A DNA stretch of 64,000 nucleotides from Ectobacillus sp. (GCA_048976805.1 JBHGUR010000035.1:5069-69068), one strand, 5' to 3'. Counted from the first letter of the stretch, positions 1-10,885 are shown. The notes: generated by a model from the sequence alone, not told the origin. Translations and numbers: made by a program.

Positions 1-637
1 TGCTGGATTTTCTAACATGACAGCCCTTTCTACAAATCCTGATCCAAACACAGCAAGCCGCCCGTTTGATAAAAATCGGGATGGATTTGTTATTGCAGAA
101 GGTGCGGGAATTGTAATTTTAGAAGAATTAGAGCATGCGTTAGCTCGCGGTGCCAACATTTACGGGGAATTGATTGGCTATGGGGCCACTGGCGATGCAT
201 ATCATATTACAACTCCTGCCCCGGATGGCGAAGGCGGACAACGTGCTATTGCATTAGCGTTACAAGATGCCGGCATTTCCTATGAACAAGTTGATTATAT
301 TAATGCCCACGGCACTTCTACACCTTATAATGATTTGTACGAAACAAAAGCAATTAAAGAAGTGTTTGGAGAGCATGCATATCGCCTTGCTGTTAGTTCT
401 ACAAAATCCATGACTGGACATTTATTAGGGGCGGCAGGGGCCATTGAGGCAATCTTTTGTCTATTAGCTATCAAGGAAGGCATTCTCCCTCCAACCATTA
501 ATTATGAAACACCGGATGAAGAGCTTGATTTGGATTATATTCCGAATGCTGCAAGAACGGCAAATGTTAATGTCGCGTTATCCAACTCTTTAGGATTTGG
601 CGGCCACAATGCTACGCTGGTATTTAGAAAAATATAA
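1..637 (+). CDS. fabF: beta-ketoacyl-ACP synthase II, C-terminal part (gene starts upstream of window)
   Basis: Frame is open from base 2. Motifs [33 protein letters not shown] and [10 protein letters not shown]. Confidence 0.95.
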   Translation, partial: AGFSNMTALSTNPDPNTASRPFDKNRDGFVIAEGAGIVILEELEHALARGANIYGELIGYGATGDAYHITTPAPDGEGGQRAIALALQDAGISYEQVDYINAHGTSTPYNDLYETKAIKEVFGEHAYRLAVSSTKSMTGHLLGAAGAIEAIFCLLAIKEGILPPTINYETPDEELDLDYIPNAARTANVNVALSNSLGFGGHNATLVFRKI

Positions 638-651
638 AAAACATATAAATA

Positions 652-731
652 GAAAGGGGAGATCCGAAAAGTGGAAATCTCCCCAAATGAAATAATCAAG
701 AATGTTGATATATGATGAAGGTTTTGAAACA
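652..731. repeat. dispersed intergenic repeat, copy 1 (GGGG..CCGAAAAGTGGA..CCCC hairpin + ATAATCAAGAATGTTGATATAT..GGTTTTGAAAC)
   Basis: Near-identical to 43322-43398; both copies sit just after a stop codon. Confidence 0.75.
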
Positions 732-988
732 AGAACTTTGCCTACTTAATAGAGAACACCAACATAAGCTAGTACACCGTCTATTTTGCTTTATCTTTCA
801 CTTTCGGGTTAAACGGTGCAAAGAGTCCGCTCGGATTTCCCTTCCACACCCAGACATGCAAATCATAGTGCTGATTTTCCCGTTTTGCTTTTTCCTCATC
901 ACTTAGCGAGCATTGTAATCAAAAAGAAGATACTTGATTCATCAAGCATCTTCTTTAAAACACCACAATTTTTATATCATCCTTATAG

Positions 989-2212
989 TTATGCTGCTTT
1001 TCTTTCTGCAGTATTTTGCTTTGTCTCAGGGAAGGTAGCAACCAAAAAGATATACAAGCTGGAAACACTGATAAAGAAAATCATTGCAGGAACATAGCCA
1101 GCCGAACCTAAAATGTAGCTCCATGCTATAGTAGCAATTGTTTGTCCTGCATAAGCCAATGCCCAGAATAAACCAAACATTACAGTCAGCCTCTGTGGAT
1201 TCATTCCTTTTAGTTCATGCGGGAGATTTAAGAAAATCGGATATTGGATAAACATAGAAAAACCAGATACAGCTATCAGTACATATGCAAGAAGCGGGAG
1301 TGTATTAGCAAAAAACAGAGCTGCAGCAAAGGTGCCGACCATAATGATTCCTACTGTAACAAGCGTTGGTTTACGGGCAACATCCCTATTGCCAATCGCA
1401 ATACCTGCAAAGGTTCCAAGAATGCCGAATCCGGAAATTAATAAATTTGTTACCGATCCATTTAATTGGGTATACTCGTCAAAAATTGCTTTAAAGCTCA
1501 CAAGCGATAATACATATAGCGTTAAAAAGGATGCAAACGCCAGCCCATACCGCCAAAGAAATGGATCTTTCAATGCGTTTTTGTATCCATATTGCACATT
1601 CTGCTTGCCGTTCGCTTCTTGCATTTCAAAGCTCTCCGCTTTCCATAGCCAAGCGATAAAACATAGCAAAGTTAACGAAGCGAAAAATGTTAATGTTAAA
1701 CGCCAATTTTCTGTCATTTGAGAAGCAAAGAGGGTAAACAAAACGGCAACAATAAAGGCGCCGACATTATAGGAAACCGTATTGGCTGCATTAATGCGCA
1801 ATTTTTCATTCGGATTTGATACGTAACGGGCAACTACAGGATTCATATAAACAATAACCATAGATCCCCCGACAGCCATAACCATCCTCGCTGCAGTATA
1901 AGCCCAGTAATTAGGGAGGTAAATGGCCACAAGCGCCATCATCAAAAGGCCAATAGCTAAACCAGCCGCCTTTTTAGGCCCTATTTTCATTAATAAAACC
2001 GCTGCTAAAATATTAGCAAAAACACGGGCGGTTGTAATCGAATAATTGACAAGCTGGGAGATAACAGGGTCAACGGGGCCGCCGAAAAAAGTTTGCGTTA
2101 TTTGCGGCGTTAATGAAGAGCCTGCTACCCAGTTCATCGCAAAGGTTACATATGCTAACCATAAAACGGCCATCATAAAATAACCTTTTCCTTTATGATG
2201 TATTGAATTCAT
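989..2212 (-). CDS. MFS transporter
   Basis: About 12 hydrophobic segments. ATG at 2212 follows a GAGGTG RBS; the ORF-track GTG start overlaps that RBS. Confidence 0.85.
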   Translation of the reverse strand: MNSIHHKGKGYFMMAVLWLAYVTFAMNWVAGSSLTPQITQTFFGGPVDPVISQLVNYSITTARVFANILAAVLLMKIGPKKAAGLAIGLLMMALVAIYLPNYWAYTAARMVMAVGGSMVIVYMNPVVARYVSNPNEKLRINAANTVSYNVGAFIVAVLFTLFASQMTENWRLTLTFFASLTLLCFIAWLWKAESFEMQEANGKQNVQYGYKNALKDPFLWRYGLAFASFLTLYVLSLVSFKAIFDEYTQLNGSVTNLLISGFGILGTFAGIAIGNRDVARKPTLVTVGIIMVGTFAAALFFANTLPLLAYVLIAVSGFSMFIQYPIFLNLPHELKGMNPQRLTVMFGLFWALAYAGQTIATIAWSYILGSAGYVPAMIFFISVSSLYIFLVATFPETKQNTAERKAA

Positions 2213-2493
2213 GCTGTTCACCTCTGCAAGTATGATTTCTTAATTCCTAAATTGTATAATATATGAATCAAAATACAAGGTATTTCACCAAATGTACAAA
2301 TAATTTAATGAAATAATGGAGCGAAATTATACTTGCTGTGATATACAAGCTTTGCTGGCACTTCGTAAGTGGAAGGAATATAGGAGAAAGAAGGGTATGT
2401 GGAGATTTTGCTTGGGGATTGAGTGATATCCTAAAGCATCACTCAATCCCCATGTAAGGATGATTGATGCTATTCAATTAGAAGCTATCTTTG

Positions 2494-2640
2494 TTATTTG
2501 CTTTTTTGATCTTTAATCACTTCAGCATTAGATTTTTTAGGTGCAAAGTAGCCATTGTCATCGATAGAAACAGCATGCCGGTCATAATTGCCATCAGCGT
2601 GCTTTTTCTTTATCATATGGGGATTTTGATTATTGCCCAT
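2494..2640 (-). CDS. small hydrophilic protein, 48 aa (MGNNQNPHMIKKKHADGNYDRHAVSIDDNGYFAPKKSNAEVIKDQKSK)
   Basis: Read manually. GGAGGTG RBS lies just upstream of the ATG; below the ORF-track cutoff. Confidence 0.6.
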   Translation of the reverse strand: MGNNQNPHMIKKKHADGNYDRHAVSIDDNGYFAPKKSNAEVIKDQKSK

Positions 2641-2943
2641 GTAATATCACCTCCAGCACATATAGTATGCGCTTAGCTTCAAATATCTTTTCAAACTAAG
2701 CGTTTACAAAAGGTGGAAAATAACAGCAGAAAATGCACTGACATATATTGCATAAATGCCTTAGTAAAAATAAACCAAATCTATATAAAGGGGATATAGA
2801 CATGCGAATTGCTTCTTTCGCTTAGAAAAGCTTTTTCAACGAACCCGGCCGATCATCCATTTCCCGTTACTATGGCAGAACCAGCAGTTTTAGAATGAAA
2901 AACAGCCATCTTTCGTTGCGAGTGAGAAAGATGGCTGTTTCGT

Positions 2944-3522
2944 TTATTCAGATTGATTGGTCATGCCCGCAGATAAAATAAATTTCATTGCGTCTTCCGG
3001 CTTGATATCAAGCACCTCAATATCGCTTTTTGGAACAAGAAACGTTATGCCCGCCACCTGAAACGTCTGCGGAATAAACACAGCGACATACTCCTGCAGC
3101 GGTTCATATAGCGTATGCAACTCTTCCGATGTCACAAATCCAAGGCTCTTCATGCTCGTTCCGGGAATAGTTACAAGCACGACTTTAGAAAATGAACGTT
3201 TTTCTCCCAACAAAGATTGTAAAATATCCTGGATGGAGGTATACAGTGTTTTTACAAGAGGAACCTTGCGAAACAGCCGGTCTATTATCCTCAAAATTCC
3301 GTTTATCATATAATGCTTTGATAGCCAGCCGAGAAAAGTCAAAAACACGATGGTGACCAAGATTCCAATTCCGGGTACATACGCTTCTCCAACATAGCTT
3401 TTAATAGCATTCCCTAAAAGTCCATCTAAAAATGTAAATACAGTAAATAAAACATATACGATAAGCAAAATAGGAACGATTGTTAAAATCCCATTTAGAA
3501 AATGTTTTAGCCAATGCTTCAT
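2944..3522 (-). CDS. DUF502 family membrane protein
   Basis: Two N-terminal TM helices, IPLVKTLY-like segment and C-terminal AMKFILSAG pattern; GGAGGCGG RBS. Confidence 0.8.
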   Translation of the reverse strand: MKHWLKHFLNGILTIVPILLIVYVLFTVFTFLDGLLGNAIKSYVGEAYVPGIGILVTIVFLTFLGWLSKHYMINGILRIIDRLFRKVPLVKTLYTSIQDILQSLLGEKRSFSKVVLVTIPGTSMKSLGFVTSEELHTLYEPLQEYVAVFIPQTFQVAGITFLVPKSDIEVLDIKPEDAMKFILSAGMTNQSE

Positions 3523-3919
3523 AAAGACTACCGCCTCCCTCTATAAAATAACAATCCGTCTTATATATACTATCATATGGACTGGAGAGGTCAGTGCGTA
3601 AAAAGAAAGATTGCAGCTAATTAGATTTAAATGGAAAGTGAAAACAATTCAAAAGGAAGTACTTTGAATGTTTGCAAACAATAAATAAGTCTATAAATGC
3701 ATAGGAGGCTGGCTTGTTTTTGGTTATTAAACTCGTGAAAAATGATACAATTGAGGTATAATATAATGTGGTGAATAAATATAGCCTCTTCAATTTATAT
3801 TTTTATCAGTATTATATAATGCAAAAGGACTTTTATAATTATTCTAAAAAAGTTGAAGAAGCTATTTATTTCACGTGCCTTATTTTATGAAGATTCAAGA
3901 TTGAAAGCGAGTGTTTAGT

Positions 3920-4639
3920 ATGGGTCGTAAATGGAACAACATTAAGGACAAAAAAGCGTCAAAAGACGCAAATACAAGCCGTATATACGCAAAGTTCGGA
4001 CGCAAGATTTATGTAGCGGCAAAGCAAGGAGATCCTGATCCGGAAGCAAACCAAGCTTTAAAATTTGTCCTTGAGCGCGCCAAAACATACAGTGTACCAA
4101 AAACGATTATTGACCGTGCGATTGAAAAAGCGAAAGGCAGTGCAGACGAAAACTATGATGAGCTTCGCTACGAAGGCTTTGGGCCGAACGGGGCAGCGGT
4201 AATTATAGATGCATTAACAAACAACGTGAATCGTACTGCAGCAGAGGTCCGGGCTGCATTTAATAAAAACGGCGGAAACATGGGAGTAAGCGGATCTGTC
4301 TCTTATATGTTTGATGCAACAGCTGTTATTGGCATTGAAGGCAAAACAGCAGATGAAGCGCTTGAAATATTAATGGAAGCCGATGTAGATGCGCGTGATA
4401 TTGTAGAAGAGGATGAAGCGGTTATTGTATATGCTGAACCTGACCAATTCCATGCTATACAAGAAGCGTTCAAGAATGCTGGCATCACTGAATTTACAGT
4501 TGCGGAGCTAACGATGCTTGCGCAAAATGAAGTGACACTTCCAGAAGATGCCAAATTGCAATTCGAAAAACTGATTGATGCATTGGAAGATTTAGAAGAT
4601 GTCCAACAAGTGTACCATAATGTGGACTTAGGGGAATAA
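3920..4639 (+). CDS. YebC/PmpR family protein
   Basis: MGRKWNNIK start, YEGFGPNG and terminal DVQQVYHN motifs. Confidence 0.92.
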   Translation: MGRKWNNIKDKKASKDANTSRIYAKFGRKIYVAAKQGDPDPEANQALKFVLERAKTYSVPKTIIDRAIEKAKGSADENYDELRYEGFGPNGAAVIIDALTNNVNRTAAEVRAAFNKNGGNMGVSGSVSYMFDATAVIGIEGKTADEALEILMEADVDARDIVEEDEAVIVYAEPDQFHAIQEAFKNAGITEFTVAELTMLAQNEVTLPEDAKLQFEKLIDALEDLEDVQQVYHNVDLGE

Positions 4640-4694
4640 ATGGACGAAGGCAGGCCGTTTGTTACATAACAAACGGCCTGTTGTTTTTATTCAA

Positions 4695-4880
4695 TCAACA
4701 CTTATAATCATTGTTTACAGCAACACTTAAATGTTCCCAGCGTTTAATGAATCGATTTAGCTCTTGTTCTCCTTTTTCGGTTAATGGGCAGTATTTGCGT
4801 TTAGGACCTGCTGTTGACTTTCTTAAAGCGGCACTAACTAATTTATCCTTTTGCTGCTGTACTAAATAGGGTATATAAAC
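4695..4880 (-). pseudogene. PadR-family regulator remnant (C-terminal half)
   Basis: Translation YIPYLVQQQKDKLV..GPKRKYCPLTEKGEQEL..RWEHLSVAVN resembles the PadR wing and C-helix; no N-terminus or RBS. Confidence 0.6.
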
Positions 4881-4917
4881 CATATATTTGTACAAAAACA
4901 GGAGAGGAAAAAATAAA

Positions 4918-7260
4918 ATGAGCGAGTATCGTATAATCGGCAAAAGCATTCCAAGAAAAGAAGGATGGGATAAAGTAACAGGGAGAGCAAAATATATTGA
5001 TGACCAAAATGAAGCAGGTACGCTGCATGCAAAGCTAGTGACAAGCCCAAATGCGCATGCTTATATAGAACAAATTGATATTAGCGAAGCACGGAAAATA
5101 GCAGGTGTACAAGCTATCGTGACAGGGCTGGATTTTCCGCAGCTTGTTGGTTCCAGTATTGTTGACCGGCCGCCGCTTGCTTTTGAAAAAGTTCGCTATT
5201 TTGGCGAACCGGTTGCCATTGTGATTGCGGATACGGAAGCGATTGCGAGAAAAGCGGCTTTTTCTGTTCGCGTAACGTACCGGGAACTTCCTGTCGTACA
5301 TACCCCTTTACAGGCATATCAACCAAATGCTCCTCTCATCCATGAGAAACTCGGAGAATACAAAATCATTGAGGAAGCTAGACCGGAGCCAGGAACAAAC
5401 ATTGCCAACCGGACAAAAATCAGAAAAGGTAATATTCAAGCGGGGTTTGCTAAAAGCGATGTGATTGTCGACGAATATTTCTCTTTTCCTCAATCTCTTC
5501 ATGCAGCGCTTGAAACAAGATGTGCAGAAGTTGAAATTCGGCCGAGCGGAGAGGTGATTGTGTATTCAACCTCTCAGGCACCTTTTGAAATTCGAGAACA
5601 GCTTAGCGAAGTTTTCCAGATAGATGAATCCAATATAGCCGTCCATGTACCGTTAGTAGGGGGAGCTTATGGCGGAAAAACACATGTCCAGCTAGAAATT
5701 TTGGCATATCTCGCTTCTAGGGCTACAGGCGGCAGACGGGTAAAACTGCGCTGCAGCCGGGAAGAGGATTCCGCGACAGCGCCTGTGCATATCGGCTTGC
5801 AAGCAAGAGTCCGGCTCGGTTGTACACAAGGTGGCAAGCTACAAGCAGCAGAGCTGTTGTATTTATTTGATGGCGGCGCCTATGGGGAACGGGCTGTCGT
5901 TGTCAGTAAAGCGGCCGGATTGGATTGTACCGGACCGTACGCTATTGAACATGTTTCATGCGACTCGCTTTGTATGTATACAAACCATCCGTACGCCACA
6001 GCCTTTCGGGGGTTTGGGCATTGTGAGTATACGTTTGCCGTGGAACGAACTATTGATATATTAGCAAAACGGCTGAATATGTGCCCGCTTGAATTTCGGC
6101 TGAAAAATGCAATTCGGCCCGGGGATACAACGCCGACGCAAGTGCCGGTTACAAGAAGCAATACAGGCGATGCCGCACAATGTTTAATAAAATTAAAGGA
6201 GCTCATTCACTGGGAAGAAGGAGAGCGCATTCCTGTTTCTGGCCGTAAAGTAAGAGCAAAAGGAATTGCGTTTGCTTGGAAAAATTCGACAACACCCCAA
6301 AATGCTGGAGCCGGTGCTGTTTTAACATTTGCAAAAGACGGAACAGTTTCCATTAATTGCGGTGCGGTCGAAATTGGGCAGGGTACAAAAACAGTATTAA
6401 CACAAATAGCGGCAGAGATTCTTCAAATGAAAATAGACGATATTCACATTAAGATGGAGGTGAACACCGAGACGGCGCCCAAACACTGGAAAACAGCGGC
6501 GAGCCGTACGACGTATCTTGTAGGAAATGCTGTTGTTGCAGCGGCAGAAGAGGCGTTGAGGCAGCTAAAGGAGCGGGCATCAGAGCTGCTTGGCATTCCG
6601 GAAGAAGATTTAGAGGTTGCAGATAAAAGAGTGTACAAAAAAAGCCAAAAAGAGACCGGAGTTGATTTTAGCGAAATTGTACACGGCTACGTAGCTGAAG
6701 ATGGAACGGCAATCGGTCCGCAAGTTATCGGAACGGGCGCTTATATGCTAGAAGGATTAACAGAAAATGACCCTGAGACTGGCAAGGGCAGGCATGGACC
6801 GGAATGGGGCATCATTGCCCAAGCAGTAGAGGTAGAGTTTGATATGAGAGACTGCACATACGAACTTATCCGGGCTGTGAGTGTAGCAGATGCCGGCAAG
6901 ATTTTAAATGAGAAGGGCGCAAAAGGGCAGGTAATGGGCGCGATGAGTATGGGACTAAGCTTTGCATCGCGGGAAGGGCACCAATACGACGAAAAGAGCC
7001 GCATCTTAAACACACAATTTCGTTCCTATAAGGTCACCCATTATGGACAACATCCAGAATATGTTGTCGATTTCATTGAAGTTCCCCATGATGGGTCCGC
7101 CTTTAAGTCACGCGCTCTCGGCGAACATGGCATCCTCGGCATGCCTGCCGCTCTAGCCAATAGCCTTTCAACGGCGGCAAACACTTCGCTGCATCATTTG
7201 CCGATTACGCCGGAATTAATTTGGAAAACAAGGCTCCAACAGGAAGGAGCTTCACTATGA
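4918..7260 (+). CDS. xanthine dehydrogenase-family molybdopterin-binding large subunit
   Basis: KVTGRAKY, GGAYGGK, TAFRGFG, EIGQG and GEHG motifs. Confidence 0.9.
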   Translation: MSEYRIIGKSIPRKEGWDKVTGRAKYIDDQNEAGTLHAKLVTSPNAHAYIEQIDISEARKIAGVQAIVTGLDFPQLVGSSIVDRPPLAFEKVRYFGEPVAIVIADTEAIARKAAFSVRVTYRELPVVHTPLQAYQPNAPLIHEKLGEYKIIEEARPEPGTNIANRTKIRKGNIQAGFAKSDVIVDEYFSFPQSLHAALETRCAEVEIRPSGEVIVYSTSQAPFEIREQLSEVFQIDESNIAVHVPLVGGAYGGKTHVQLEILAYLASRATGGRRVKLRCSREEDSATAPVHIGLQARVRLGCTQGGKLQAAELLYLFDGGAYGERAVVVSKAAGLDCTGPYAIEHVSCDSLCMYTNHPYATAFRGFGHCEYTFAVERTIDILAKRLNMCPLEFRLKNAIRPGDTTPTQVPVTRSNTGDAAQCLIKLKELIHWEEGERIPVSGRKVRAKGIAFAWKNSTTPQNAGAGAVLTFAKDGTVSINCGAVEIGQGTKTVLTQIAAEILQMKIDDIHIKMEVNTETAPKHWKTAASRTTYLVGNAVVAAAEEALRQLKERASELLGIPEEDLEVADKRVYKKSQKETGVDFSEIVHGYVAEDGTAIGPQVIGTGAYMLEGLTENDPETGKGRHGPEWGIIAQAVEVEFDMRDCTYELIRAVSVADAGKILNEKGAKGQVMGAMSMGLSFASREGHQYDEKSRILNTQFRSYKVTHYGQHPEYVVDFIEVPHDGSAFKSRALGEHGILGMPAALANSLSTAANTSLHHLPITPELIWKTRLQQEGASL

Positions 7261-8096
7261 TTCCATTCGATTTTGAGTATTATCGCCCAGCTTCTATTGA
7301 AGAAGCAGTCCAACTTTTTAGCAAATTATATAAAGAAGGGAAAAAGCCGCTGTACTACAGCGGGGGCACGGAAATTATTACATATGCTCGGCTGAATCTT
7401 GTTTCTACAGAAGCTGTCATCGATATTAAATATATCCCTGCCTGTCATACGTACGGATCTCAGCAAGGTTTTTTGATTCTCGGTGCTGCTCTTACTTTAA
7501 CACAAATATCCGATATGAACGCATTTCCGCTACTAAGCACTACAGCCTCCCGCATAGCCGATCATACAGCGCGAAATAAAATTACATTAGGGGGGAATAT
7601 TGCTGGAGACATTCCGTATCGTGAAGCTGTTCTGCCCTTTTTATTGACAAATAGTACCTTCGTCATCGCCGGAATGGGCGGAATTCGTTACGTTCCTGCC
7701 AAGAAAGCATTTCAGGGACAACTGCAGCTATATCCCGGGGAATTTCTCGTGCAAATTGCTACGCCTGCCGAATATGCGAATGCTCCTTTTTATAGCGTAA
7801 AGAAACGGAAAAACGAAGAAATTGACTACCCTCTCATTACGCTTGCTGCGATCAAGACCGATTTTAATATTCGAACTGCTTATAGCGGATTATGTGAATT
7901 TCCATTTTGTTCAGAGAAAATGGATAGGCAATTGAATAACAAGAATATTCCAAGAGAGCAAAGAATTGAGCGGGCTGTTGCTTCTATCCCTAATTCTGTG
8001 CGCAATGATATTCGCGGTTCTCGGGAATACCGTTTGTTTGTATTGCGGAATATGCTGCAAGATGCTTTAACAGAGCTAGAAGGGGTGGAGGTATGA
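7257..8096 (+). CDS. xanthine dehydrogenase-family FAD-binding subunit
   Basis: FEYYRPASIEEA, SGGTE, RNKITLGGN motifs; ATGA overlap with the upstream gene. Confidence 0.9.
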   Translation: MIPFDFEYYRPASIEEAVQLFSKLYKEGKKPLYYSGGTEIITYARLNLVSTEAVIDIKYIPACHTYGSQQGFLILGAALTLTQISDMNAFPLLSTTASRIADHTARNKITLGGNIAGDIPYREAVLPFLLTNSTFVIAGMGGIRYVPAKKAFQGQLQLYPGEFLVQIATPAEYANAPFYSVKKRKNEEIDYPLITLAAIKTDFNIRTAYSGLCEFPFCSEKMDRQLNNKNIPREQRIERAVASIPNSVRNDIRGSREYRLFVLRNMLQDALTELEGVEV

Positions 8097-8557
8097 TTGC
8101 GAAGCTGAATCTATATGTTAACGGAGAAACGCGGGCTGTTGTGGCCAGAATGGCAGACACCCTCCTTGATATGCTACGGGATGAGCTTGGATTGACCGGA
8201 GCAAAGCGCGGCTGTGAAAACGGAGATTGCGGCGCCTGTACGGTACTAGTAGACGAAGTGCCGCTTAAGTCATGTATCATGCTTGCCGTAGAGGGAGATG
8301 GAAAGCGCATCACAACCGCTGAAGGGTTAGGAGGAGTTCCTATTCAACAAGCGTTCATTGAAAAATGGGCATTTCAATGCGGCTATTGTACACCCGGTTT
8401 CATTATCAATTGCCACGCTCTCGTCAACAGGCATCCTAACGCGAACGATCAAGTAATAAAACAATGGCTGCAATCCAATATTTGCCGTTGCACAAGCTAC
8501 CAGGAAATTGAACAAGCTGTAAAAGATGTGTTGCATAAACAGGGTGATGGCCAGTGA
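8093..8557 (+). CDS. (2Fe-2S)-binding small subunit
   Basis: GCENGDCGAC, QCGYCTPG and CRC motifs. Confidence 0.93.
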   Translation: MIAKLNLYVNGETRAVVARMADTLLDMLRDELGLTGAKRGCENGDCGACTVLVDEVPLKSCIMLAVEGDGKRITTAEGLGGVPIQQAFIEKWAFQCGYCTPGFIINCHALVNRHPNANDQVIKQWLQSNICRCTSYQEIEQAVKDVLHKQGDGQ

Positions 8558-9468
8558 CATCTGTATACGAAGTATGGGAAGCTGTCGCATCCCGCAATGA
8601 GCCTTGTGTGATGGCAACTATTATACAAACAGTTGGTTCTTCATACCAAAAAGAAGGCGCGGTGATGGCGATGTGGGAGGATGGCGCGCGGCTGGGAATG
8701 CTAAGCGCCGGCTGTATCGAAGAAGACTTGCTTTGCCGAGCGAAAGAGCTGCAAGCTGGCGGATGGCTGATTTGTGAATATGACACATCGGACGAACAAG
8801 ACTTTTTATGGACTGTCGGCTGCAACGGGCAAATTCGCGTGTTGCTGGAGCAAGTGCATACACAATGCTTGGAGCAGCTTAATGCTGTCGTAAAAGAATT
8901 TCAAAAAGGCTACGGAGTTCGAGTTATAAAAGACCTTTCTAATAATCATGCTTATTTTATCAGCGATAGCGGGCAGGCGTTTGGAAACTTGCCGAACAAG
9001 CATGGGGACATCTATGAGCAATATATTCCGCCAAAACCTCGGCTCTATATATTTGGCGCAGGAGAAGATGCAAAGCCGCTTGTCTGCTTGGCAAAAACGG
9101 TCGGCTTTTCCGTCACTGTATGCGACTGGAGAGAACAATGGTGCACCCAGCTGCGCTTTCCTGAAGCTGATGCGTGCATCATCGGATTTCCAAAAGAAAT
9201 TGTTCCTGTTTTGTCTCTTGCTTCAAATGATTTTGTTGTGATTATGACACATCATTTTCAAAGAGACCAAGAATTATGGGAACTATTAAATAAGCAATCG
9301 CTTCGTTATTTAGGCATTTTGGGAGCACGGCAACGAACGCAGCGTTTATGCGGAGGAACAATACCGGACAACGTGTTTGCCCCGGTCGGCCTTCCGATTG
9401 GCGCCCGGGGCCCGAATGAAATCGCGGTAAGCATTGTTGCGGAAATGATTCAAGTATTAAGGACGTAA
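8554..9468 (+). CDS. XdhC/CoxI family Mo-cofactor maturation factor
   Basis: LSAGCIEED, LYIFGAG, MTHHFQRD, PVGLPIGARGPNEIAVSI motifs. Confidence 0.9.
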   Translation: MTSVYEVWEAVASRNEPCVMATIIQTVGSSYQKEGAVMAMWEDGARLGMLSAGCIEEDLLCRAKELQAGGWLICEYDTSDEQDFLWTVGCNGQIRVLLEQVHTQCLEQLNAVVKEFQKGYGVRVIKDLSNNHAYFISDSGQAFGNLPNKHGDIYEQYIPPKPRLYIFGAGEDAKPLVCLAKTVGFSVTVCDWREQWCTQLRFPEADACIIGFPKEIVPVLSLASNDFVVIMTHHFQRDQELWELLNKQSLRYLGILGARQRTQRLCGGTIPDNVFAPVGLPIGARGPNEIAVSIVAEMIQVLRT

Positions 9469-9472
9469 AAAT

Positions 9473-10081
9473 ATGAATATTATCGGCCTCTATCTTGCAG
9501 CAGGGGCTGGGAAGCGAATGAAAACGGCTGTACACAAGCTCTGCCTTCCTGTAGGCGACAAGCCACTGGGGAGTATTGCCTTGCAAACTGCTTTTTCTTC
9601 CCAGCTTTCTTCTATTATTGTTGTGACGAATGAAACAGATTGGCTGCTGCCCCATTTTTACGGGGAGCGGCTTATCATTCTTTCTTGTGAACAGGCATCT
9701 CTCGGCCAAGCGTATTCCCTGCGCTGCGGCTTAGAGAAAGCCGAAAGCTTGCAAGCTGACGCAGTATTAGTTATGCTGGCGGATCAGCCGTTCATTCCAA
9801 AACAGATAATTAATGATATTTTACATAATTATAGGCGTGAACCGGAAAACGCCTATATAGCATCCTGCCACCAAGGTATTCCGAGACCGCCTGTTTTATT
9901 ATCGCGCAGCGTATTCTCGCTTCTCAAACAGCTGCAGGGCGATCAAGGGGCCCGTTCTATTTTTAACAACCCTTTCATAACAGGCAAACTTCTTTCATAT
10001 GAGGACCCAAAATGGTTTTATGATGTCGATACGCCAGAAAATTATAAAACAATCTGCCGGCAGCCTACATCTTTTTTATAG
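9473..10081 (+). CDS. MocA-like molybdenum cofactor nucleotidyltransferase
   Basis: LAAGAGKRM, LADQP, GDQGAR, DVDTPENY motifs; operon context. Confidence 0.88.
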   Translation: MNIIGLYLAAGAGKRMKTAVHKLCLPVGDKPLGSIALQTAFSSQLSSIIVVTNETDWLLPHFYGERLIILSCEQASLGQAYSLRCGLEKAESLQADAVLVMLADQPFIPKQIINDILHNYRREPENAYIASCHQGIPRPPVLLSRSVFSLLKQLQGDQGARSIFNNPFITGKLLSYEDPKWFYDVDTPENYKTICRQPTSFL

Positions 10082-10144
10082 AAAAATCCAAAGATATCCT
10101 TTAAGATATAGAAGCAAGAACAGCAATAGAAAGGATAAAGAGTT

Positions 10145-10885
10145 GTGAAAAAACTAGATGTACTGCTCATGCTGCTTAGCTTGTTGTTTCCTGTTGCCGG
10201 TATCATGAACCAAATCCCTCTGCAGTTATCATTATTTATGGGAGGGTTATTGTTTATAACAAGTTTCGGCAGCTACTTTGCTAAACGTATGAATTCGCGA
10301 ATTTTCAGTTGGGCGGCCTATACAGCATTTATTGTATTTTTGCTGTCGCTGTGGAACCAGTATGTAACAACAGATTCTCTTGTCGCAAATGTTAAAGTCG
10401 CTGCCTGCATTGCTGCTGTTCCCTTTTTATTCCGCTTCCGTACCTATGCAATCACAATCGGGCTGCTTGGATTATGGGGCGCTGTATTATGGGATGTAAA
10501 GGAGGCCCAATCATTGGCCGTTTTGCAGCGCATGATGCATACAATCCCGACGGAACGGCTATATGTATTCGCCTTGGCGTCCGGCTTTTTGCTTGGCGGC
10601 TGGCTTGGAAACATTACAACCCCTAAGGAGTGGCGGGAAAAAGCAAATAAAGCAAAAAGGAAGAAAAAAAGCCGAAAACTTACAATCCCGATGCCTAGCC
10701 TTCCAAAATTGAAAATAAAAATATGGAAATTCGGGCGAAAATCTTCTGCGCCTCAGAAAATCCGTCCGCATGAACCGGCTTATGAAGAACATATTAAAAC
10801 TGTAAACATGGAGCAAACAAGCGAGCCCGAGCCGCCCCGCGGACAAACGAGAATGGAGCGAAGAAAAAATCGGTATCGTGCTTAA
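10145..10885 (+). CDS. membrane protein with basic C-terminal tail, unknown function
   Basis: Hydrophobic N-terminal two thirds and K/R-rich tail. Confidence 0.7.
   Translation: MKKLDVLLMLLSLLFPVAGIMNQIPLQLSLFMGGLLFITSFGSYFAKRMNSRIFSWAAYTAFIVFLLSLWNQYVTTDSLVANVKVAACIAAVPFLFRFRTYAITIGLLGLWGAVLWDVKEAQSLAVLQRMMHTIPTERLYVFALASGFLLGGWLGNITTPKEWREKANKAKRKKKSRKLTIPMPSLPKLKIKIWKFGRKSSAPQKIRPHEPAYEEHIKTVNMEQTSEPEPPRGQTRMERRKNRYRA

Noticed and set aside
2316-2426. 36-codon ORF ending in a GGGGATTGAGTGAT hairpin
   Set aside because: No RBS and no recognisable motif; may be chance.
4918-7260. Aerobic CO dehydrogenase (CoxL)
   Set aside because: The active-site loop reads TAFRGFG, not the AYxCSFR motif of form I CoxL.
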